IMG/VR virus record: IMGVR_UViG_2734482533_000002
Source of the DNA: a virus
Lineage: Duplodnaviria; Heunggongvirae; Uroviricota; Caudoviricetes
Length of the DNA stretch: 18,480 bases
Reading direction: 5' to 3' (one strand)
Below are positions 9,724 to 18,480 of the stretch, piece after piece. The translations under genes and the position numbers were made by a program. How positions within the stretch are numbered: the stretch's first letter is position 1; each line of letters begins with the position of its first letter. The notes under the pieces were generated by a model. The model saw only the letters and a list, made by a program, of their open reading frames with translations. It was not told where the DNA came from and searched no databases.

Positions 9724-10122
9724 TTATTGCATTCTGGCCAGGCCGCGCTCTGTCATTTCGGCTGCCACACCGGCAGAGACACGAAACGCCGTTCCCGGCA
9801 GCACAAATGCCACAGGTTTATCCCGCGTGGCGTGAAGTGCATCAGTATGCAGCGTCACCAGTGCCACGACCGTGACCAGTTCAGCCGTATCCTGAATCAC
9901 GGTATCCGGCTGCGCTGATACCACCTCATTTTCATGCCCGGTCAGCACATTTTCCCGGCTGAGAGGGGTGTCCTGACCGGCAGTTTCATCCGTGTCATCA
10001 AGCTCTTCTTCCAGCTCTGCCACACGAAGCGCCAGTTCTTCTTTCGTTCCCGTCAAACTGACATCGCGGTTCAATTGCTCACCCAGCTCCTGAAGACGGG
10101 CAATCAGTTCATCTTTCGTCAT
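9724..10122 (-). CDS. FI: DNA packaging / head assembly protein FI (132 aa)
   Basis: ORF 9724..10161, start placed at ATG 10122 (MTKDELIARLQELGEQLNRDVSLTGTKEELALRVAELEEEL...) with GGAGGAG 3-5 nt upstream. The upstream extension in the track would translate the E-FI intergenic hairpin. Confidence 0.85.
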   Translation of the reverse strand: MTKDELIARLQELGEQLNRDVSLTGTKEELALRVAELEEELDDTDETAGQDTPLSRENVLTGHENEVVSAQPDTVIQDTAELVTVVALVTLHTDALHATRDKPVAFVLPGTAFRVSAGVAAEMTERGLARMQ

Positions 10123-10143
10123 GAACTCCTCCACAGAGAGAAA

Positions 10144-10161
10144 ATGGCCCCGAAGGGCCAT
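10144..10161 (-). terminator. Stable stem-loop just 3' of E: AUGGCCC-UUCG-GGGCCAU on the mRNA, followed by UUUCUCUCU; possible partial terminator or mRNA stabiliser
   Basis: Plus-strand atggccc cgaa gggccat at 10144-10161 is a perfect 7-bp inverted repeat with a 4-nt loop (UUCG on the transcript), starting 2 nt after the E stop; a pyrimidine-rich tract follows. The U tract is short, so terminator function is uncertain. Confidence 0.3.
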
Positions 10162-10163
10162 GA

Positions 10164-11189
10164 TTACGCCAGTTGAACGGACACGAACTCATCAGGATCA
10201 GCCAGCAGCATCAGCGGTGCTGACTGAATCATGGTGAACTCACGCGCCGGATCGCCGGTGGTCACCCAGTTTTTCGGGTAACGGGCAGAAGCGTTAATGC
10301 CTTCGCGCTGTGCGTCCGCATCCTGAATGCAGCCATAGGTGCGCAGACCGCGAGCCTGAGTGTTCCCCAGCACCATCGTGTTGTCCGGCAGGAAGTTCTT
10401 TTTGACGCCGTTTTCCACGTACTGTCCGGAATACACGACGATGGCCACATCGCCATACATTCCCTTATAGGACACCGCTTTGCCCAGGTCTTTTACCGCT
10501 GTCTCCAGCTCGGAATGAGAGCCGCGACGGGTATCCAGCTTCTCCTTGACGGCTTTGAAGGAACGGAACAGCGCCCAGCCTTTCGGGTCAAACACGATGA
10601 TATTCACCACACCGCTGGCGTTCAGCGCGTAGGCTTCGATATCGTCGGTCGGGTCATACGTGGACTTGTCACGCTTGCTCCACTCCGTGACGCCGGACTG
10701 TGTGATGTTGTTCGCCGCACTGCGGCCCATATCCACCTCAACCGGATCGAAGGCTTCACCGGTCATGGTGTATTTGCCCTTGAGCACGGCAGAAACTGCC
10801 TGCATCTCTTCGACCTGAGCAATGGCCAGCTCTTCGTCACGCATGTTCTGCATGATGATGCGACGGCGGCGGTAAGCCGGGTCCGCCAGATTCTGCGGAT
10901 CTTCATCCGGCAGGCGACGCAGGGTCATCTGCGGATTCACCTCATGCTTGGGTTTGACATATCCCGGCGTAAATTCAGAGGTGGAGCCGCCACGGGAACG
11001 GATAACCTCACCGGAAACAATCGGCGAAACGTACAGCGCCATGTTTACCAGTCCCGGAATTTGTGAGAGATAGACTTTCTCCGTAGTGAAGGGATAGCTC
11101 TCACGGAAAAAGAGACGCAGAAACAGCGGATCAAACTTAAATTTCTGCTCATTTGCCGCCAGCAGCTGGGCGGTTGTGTACATCGACAT
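10164..11189 (-). CDS. E: Major capsid protein E (341 aa)
   Basis: ORF 10164..11216, start placed at ATG 11189 (MSMYTTAQLLAANEQKFKFDPLFLRLFFRESYPFTTEKVYLSQIPGLVNMALYVSPIVSGE...) to match lambda gpE length; C-terminus ...ADPDEFVSVQLA. Confidence 0.95.
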   Translation of the reverse strand: MSMYTTAQLLAANEQKFKFDPLFLRLFFRESYPFTTEKVYLSQIPGLVNMALYVSPIVSGEVIRSRGGSTSEFTPGYVKPKHEVNPQMTLRRLPDEDPQNLADPAYRRRRIIMQNMRDEELAIAQVEEMQAVSAVLKGKYTMTGEAFDPVEVDMGRSAANNITQSGVTEWSKRDKSTYDPTDDIEAYALNASGVVNIIVFDPKGWALFRSFKAVKEKLDTRRGSHSELETAVKDLGKAVSYKGMYGDVAIVVYSGQYVENGVKKNFLPDNTMVLGNTQARGLRTYGCIQDADAQREGINASARYPKNWVTTGDPAREFTMIQSAPLMLLADPDEFVSVQLA

Positions 11190-11202
11190 AAAAAAATCCC
11201 GT

Positions 11203-11223
11203 AAAAAAAGCCACACAGGCGGC
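11203..11223 (-). terminator. Terminator-like hairpin plus U7 tract in the D-E intergenic region
   Basis: On the transcript: GCCGC-CUGU-GUGGC (5-bp stem with one G-U pair, 4-nt loop; plus-strand 11210-11223) followed immediately by seven U (plus-strand a-run 11203-11209). A second U7 run directly precedes the E start codon. Confidence 0.3.
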
Positions 11224-11244
11224 CTTTAGTGATGAAGGGTAAAG

Positions 11245-11577
11245 TTAAACGATGCTGATTGCCGTTCCGGCAAACACGGTCCGTTTTTTCGTCTCGTCGC
11301 TGGCAGCCTCCGGCCAGAGCACATCCTCATAACGGAACGTGCCGGACTTGTAGAACGTCAGTGTGGTGCTGGTCTGGTCAGCAGCAACCGCAAGAATGCC
11401 AACGGCAGCACCGTCGGTGGTGCCATCCCACGCAACCAGCTTACGGGTGGAGGTGTCCAGCATCAGCGGGGTCATTGCAGGCGCTTTCGCACTCAATCCG
11501 CCGGGCGCGGTTGCGGTATGAGCCGGGTCACTATTGCCCAGCGGCTGGTAATGGGTAAAGGTTTCTTTGCTCGTCAT
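11245..11577 (-). CDS. D: Capsid decoration protein D (110 aa)
   Basis: ORF 11245..11583, start placed at ATG 11577 ([43 protein letters not shown]...) with AAGGGA 5 nt upstream; matches lambda gpD length. Confidence 0.9.
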   Translation of the reverse strand: MTSKETFTHYQPLGNSDPAHTATAPGGLSAKAPAMTPLMLDTSTRKLVAWDGTTDGAAVGILAVAADQTSTTLTFYKSGTFRYEDVLWPEAASDETKKRTVFAGTAISIV

Positions 11578-11586
11578 AAACATCCC

Positions 11587-11982
11587 TTACACTGGTGTGT
11601 TCAGCAAATCGTTAACGGCATCAGATGCCGGGTTACCTGCAGCCAGCGGTGCCGGTGCCCCCTGCATCAGACGATCCAGCGCAGTGTCACTGCGCGTCTG
11701 TGCACTCTGTGGTGCTGCGGCCAGAATACGGCGGGCCGTTTCCACGGTCATACCGGGGGTTTCGGCCAGCACGCGTGCCTGTTCTTCGCGTCCGTGAGCC
11801 TCCTCACAGTTGAGGATCCCCATAATGCGACTGTTTTCTGCCGCAACCGCTGCGGTGATCTGCGCGTTCACGTCCGGCTGCGCCGCGCTGGCGTTCTCGC
11901 CCTCCGTCGCTTGCACCACGCCAGTAACGTCAGCCTGCGAAGCAGTGGCTGAAACAGTTGTTGATTGAGTCTCTTTGGTCAT
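11587..11982 (-). CDS. Nu3: Scaffolding protein Nu3 (131 aa), translated from an internal in-frame start within C
   Basis: Internal ATG at 11982-11980 in the C frame, preceded by AGGAGGG (plus-strand ccctcct at 11986-11992) 3-4 nt upstream; product MTKETQSTTVSATASQADVT...NDLLNTPV is co-terminal with C, as known for lambda Nu3. Confidence 0.6.
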   Translation of the reverse strand: MTKETQSTTVSATASQADVTGVVQATEGENASAAQPDVNAQITAAVAAENSRIMGILNCEEAHGREEQARVLAETPGMTVETARRILAAAPQSAQTRSDTALDRLMQGAPAPLAAGNPASDAVNDLLNTPV

Positions 11983-12886
11983 TCGCCCTCCTGAGAGACG
12001 GGATTTACGTGCATCCAGTGCATCACGCATGACGGTGATCGCATCGGTACTGTTAACAAGTTCATCAGCCAGTCCGGCATCAATGGCCTCCTGACCGCTG
12101 TACACTGCAGCCTCGGTATCCAGCACAGCCTGCACGGACAGGCCGGTATATGCCGACACCTTCTGTGCAAACATCCGGCGGGTTGCATCCATCCGGGACT
12201 GCAATGTTTCCCGGACATCATCCGGTAGATGGCTGTAGGGGTTGCCATCCACCTTATGGCTGCCGCTGTAAATCAGCGTGATTTCCACGCCCTGTTTCTC
12301 CAGTGCAGCGCCGTAATTACTGTGAGCCATCATGACGCCGATGGAGCCTGTCCGGGCGGTCTGCGTGACCAGACGCCGGGAGGCGGCACTGGCAAGCAGC
12401 TGACCTGCGCTGCAGTTCATGTCATTGGCCAGCGCCCATACCGGCTTTATGTCACGCACACGGGCGATGATGTCAGCGCAGTCAAATGCTCCCGCCACCA
12501 TTCCGCCCGGTGTGTCCATATCGAGCAGAATGCCGTCCACCATCGGGTCGCTGGCAGCCTGTTGCAGACGGGCGATAATGCCGTTGTAACCGGTCATCCC
12601 CGAGTACGGCTGCAGCGCCCGCGTCCGGCTGACCAGCGTGCCGGACACCGGCAGCACGGCGATGCCGTTCATTACCTGATAACTGCGGGCCTGTCGTGGT
12701 CCGTCATCATCACCGGATAACGCCAGCGCCGCGGGTGCCTCTCCGGCAGTCAGGCTGTCGCCGGATACTGCATCCGTCAGGCAGCTGATCCCAAGCTGGC
12801 CTGCAAGCGCACAAAAGAAAACCCGCGCATAGGCGGGTTCAAGCATCAGCGGCTCATTAAAAGCCATGCTGGCAATATGCGGGAGA

Positions 12887-12906
<20 letters not shown>
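11587..12906 (-). CDS. C: Capsid assembly protease / scaffold protein C (439 aa), GTG start
   Basis: ORF 11587..13041, start placed at GTG 12906-12904 (VTAELRNLPHIASMAFNEPLMLEPAYARVFF...), preceded by a perfect AGGAGG with 6-nt spacing (plus-strand cctcct at 12913-12918). Gives the lambda gpC length; overlaps the B 3' end by 20 nt. Confidence 0.85.
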
Positions 12907-16587
<3,681 letters not shown>

Positions 16588-16613
<26 letters not shown>

Positions 16614-17133
16614 TCAGCAACCCCGGTATCAGTTCATCCAGCGCGGCTGCTTTGTTCATGGCTTTGATGATATCCCGTTTCAGGAAATCAACATGTCGGT
16701 TTTCCAGTTCCGGAAAACGCCGCTGCACCGACAGGGGGATCCCGTCGAGAATACTGGCAATTTCACCTGCGATCCGCGACAGCACGAAAGTACAGAATGC
16801 GGTTTCCACCACTTCAGCGGAGTCTCTGGCATTTTTCAGCTCCTGTGCGTCGGCCTGCGCACGCGTAAGTCGATGGCGTTCGTACTCAATAGTCCCTGGC
16901 TGGAGATCTGTCTCGCTGGCCTGCCGCAGTTCTTCAACTTCCCGGCGCAGCTTTTCGTTCTCAATTTCAGCATCCCTTTCGGCATACCATCTTATAACGG
17001 CGGCAGAGTCATAAAGCACCTCATTACCCTTGCCACCGCCTCGCAGAACGGGCATTCCCTGTTCCTGCCAGTTCTGAATGGTACGGATACTCGCACCGAA
17101 AATGTCAGCCAGCTGCTTTTTGTTGACTTCCAT
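16588..17133 (-). CDS. Nu1: Terminase small subunit Nu1 (181 aa)
   Basis: ORF track 16588..17133; MEVNKKQLADIFGASIRTIQNWQEQGMPVLRGGGKGNEVLYDSAAVIRWYAERDAEIENEKLRR... recognised as lambda gpNu1, with winged-HTH N-terminus. Confidence 0.95.
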
Positions 17134-17310
17134 TGTTCATTCCACGGACAAAAACAGAGAAAGGAAACGACAGAGGCCAAAAAGCCCGTTTTCAGCACCT
17201 GTCGTTTCCTTTCTTTTCAGGGGGTGTTTTAAATAAAAACATTAGGTTACGGCGAAGAAGAACGGAAACGCCTTAAACCGGAAAATTGTCATAAATAGCG
17301 AAAACCCGCG
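17134..17310. other. cosB-like terminase-binding region with three Nu1-binding R elements and an AT-rich IHF-type segment
   Basis: Between the Nu1 start and the cohesive-end core: GGAAACGACAG (17163-17173), its inverted copy CTGTCGTTTCC (17189-17199), and a third related CGGAAACGCC (17263-17272), with an A/T-rich stretch ttttaaataaaaacattagg (17227-17246) between them. This matches the lambda cosB R1-R2-I1-R3 layout as I recall it. Confidence 0.7.
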
Positions 17311-17322
17311 CGCCTTCCGCCC
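17311..17322. other. cosN cohesive-end core (12 nt), variant relative to canonical lambda
   Basis: In lambda orientation the region reads ...GATCCGACAGGTTACG GGGCGGAAGGCG CGCGGGTTTTCGCTATTTATGACAATTTTCCGG. The flanks match lambda cos as I recall it, but the 12-nt core is GGGCGGAAGGCG rather than GGGCGGCGACCT. Confidence 0.6.
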
Positions 17323-17358
17323 CGTAACCTGTCGGATCGCCGGAAAGGACCCGCAAAA

Positions 17359-17373
17359 TGATAATAATTATCA
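17359..17373. promoter_or_regulatory. Perfect 15-bp palindrome TGATAAT-A-ATTATCA, matching the 7-1-7 Fur-box consensus
   Basis: Directly visible: tgataataattatca at 17359-17373, each 7-nt arm the exact reverse complement of the other. Lies about 40 bp from cosN and about 150 bp upstream of the plus-strand RHH-like ORF. Confidence 0.45.
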
Positions 17374-17521
17374 TCTACATGTCACAACGTGCATCTACGC
17401 CATCAAACCACGTCAAATAATCAATTATGACGCAGGTATCGTATTAATTGATCTGCATCAACTTAACGTAAAAACAACTTCAGACAATACAAATCAGCGA
17501 CACTGAATACAGGGCAACCTC

Positions 17522-17755
17522 ATGTCAACGAAGAACAGAACCCGCAGAACAACAACCCGCAACATCCGCTTTCCTAACCAAATGATTGAACAAATTAACA
17601 TCGCTCTTGTTCAAAAAGGGTCCGGGAATTTCTCAGCCTGGGTCATTGAAGCCTGCCGCCGGAGACTGTGCTCAGAAAAAAGAGTTTCGCCTGAAGCAAA
17701 CAAAGAAAAGAGTGACATTACTGAATTGCTCAGAAAACAGGTTAGACCAGATTGA
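17522..17755 (+). CDS. Small basic ribbon-helix-helix (Arc/Mnt-like) putative DNA-binding protein (77 aa)
   Basis: ORF track 17522..17755. After a basic Thr/Arg-rich N-terminus, RNIRFPNQMIEQINIALVQKG-SGNFSAWVIEACRRRL fits the RHH strand-helix-helix pattern (compare Arc PQFNLRWPREVLDLVRKVAEENGRSVNSEIYQRVMESF). Weak SD (AGGG ~10 nt upstream); AT-rich composition. Confidence 0.5.
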   Translation: MSTKNRTRRTTTRNIRFPNQMIEQINIALVQKGSGNFSAWVIEACRRRLCSEKRVSPEANKEKSDITELLRKQVRPD

Positions 17756-17812
17756 AGCAATTTAGATAATCGTGCAGACTACGCCCCCTCATATCACATG
17801 GAAGGTACTACA

Positions 17813-18223
17813 ATGGCTCAGGTTGCCATTTTTAAACAAATATTCGATAAAGTGCGAAATAATTTAAACTATCACTGGTTTTATTCTGAACTAAAACGTC
17901 ACAATGTCTCACATTACATTTACTATTTAGCCACAGAGAATATTCATCTTGTTCTTGAAAACGATAATACGGTTTTAATAAAAGGACAGGGTAAGGTTGT
18001 AAATGTAAGATTTTCAAAAAATAAATGCCTTATAGAAGCCACCTTAAAAGGATTCAAATCAGGAGAGTTATCATTTTACGAATACAGGAAAAATCTTGCT
18101 ACAGCAGGGGTTTTCAGATGGATTACAAATATCCACGAAAACAAAAGGTATTACTATACCTTTGATAATTCATTACTCTTTACTGAGAACATACAGAACA
18201 CTACACAAATATTTCCGCACTAA
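17813..18223 (+). CDS. DUF1398 family prophage protein, YbcV/YdfO-like (136 aa from ATG 17813; track ORF starts at 17798)
   Basis: ORF 17798..18223; the second ATG at 17813 has GGAAGG 7 nt upstream. Product [58 protein letters not shown]...[25 protein letters not shown] resembles, by recall, the E. coli cryptic-prophage proteins YbcV/YdfO (DUF1398). AT-rich codon usage typical of a moron. Confidence 0.7.
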   Translation: MAQVAIFKQIFDKVRNNLNYHWFYSELKRHNVSHYIYYLATENIHLVLENDNTVLIKGQGKVVNVRFSKNKCLIEATLKGFKSGELSFYEYRKNLATAGVFRWITNIHENKRYYYTFDNSLLFTENIQNTTQIFPH

Positions 18224-18268
18224 ATCATAACGTCCGGTTTCTTCCGTGCCAGAACCGGACTCGCTGGC

Positions 18269-18478
18269 ATGATGAAATATGTGTACCCGGTAACCCCGGT
18301 GTGCATCGTTTTTGATTATTCCCGCACACTCGCGCAGAAGGAGTTCCCCGTCGGGCTACGGTCTCTGTTAATACGGGAATACGGCGACGATTGGATTTGC
18401 CCCTATATTTCCAGACATCTGTTATCACTTAACCCATTACAAGCCCGCTGCCGCAGATATTCCCGTGGCGAGCGATAA
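18269..18478 (+). CDS. Hypothetical protein, open to the window end; weak call
   Basis: ORF track 18269..18478 (MMKYVYPVTPVCIVFDYSRTLAQKEFPVGLRSLLIREYGDDWICPYIS...), no stop before the window end, no convincing SD, no recognised homology. Overlaps a minus-strand ORF (18225..18428) that looks less protein-like. Confidence 0.2.
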   Translation: MMKYVYPVTPVCIVFDYSRTLAQKEFPVGLRSLLIREYGDDWICPYISRHLLSLNPLQARCRRYSRGER

Positions 18479-18480
18479 CC

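Noticed and set aside
17359-17373. Reading the palindrome as cosQ itself
   Set aside because: It lies roughly 37-52 bp from the nick site, farther than I recall cosQ to be, and its exact match to a transcription-factor consensus makes a regulatory site more likely; not excluded, so kept as a finding with alternatives stated.
17832-18017. 61-aa minus-strand ORF inside the DUF1398 gene
   Set aside because: Fully embedded antisense in a better-supported plus-strand gene that has a good SD and recognisable family resemblance.
18228-18252. Inverted repeat CCGGTTTC...GAACCGG after the DUF1398 gene as an intrinsic terminator
   Set aside because: The stem is imperfect, the loop is about 10-13 nt and no U tract follows, so it is not a convincing rho-independent terminator.
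18225-18428. 67-aa minus-strand ORF near the window end
   Set aside because: Arg-rich, low-complexity translation with no SD; overlaps the slightly more plausible plus-strand ORF. Kept only as a note.

Overview
This window is the late (morphogenetic) operon of a bacteriophage lambda-like prophage, read in reverse complement: all structural genes lie on the minus strand in the canonical lambda order J(partial)-I-K-L-M-H-T-G-V-U-Z-FII-FI-E-D-C/Nu3-B-W-A-Nu1. Every gene whose ends are visible has the length I recall for its lambda counterpart, with tight packing and ATGA-type overlaps. Identification rests on recognising the protein sequences in the ORF track from memory; no database search was run. 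A run of 286 N (3088-3373) hides the 3' end of L and the L-K junction. Upstream of Nu1 lies the cos region (17134-17340), with recognisable terminase-binding repeats but a 12-nt cohesive-end core that differs from the lambda sequence as I recall it. Beyond cos the composition turns markedly AT-rich and carries two plus-strand genes, a ribbon-helix-helix-like protein and a DUF1398 (YbcV/YdfO-like) protein, preceded by a perfect 7-1-7 palindrome matching the Fur-box consensus. I found no tRNA, rRNA, CRISPR array or IS element. The most interesting material is the cos-proximal accessory segment (variant cosN, Fur-box palindrome, RHH + DUF1398 pair); the structural block itself looks ordinary and well described.
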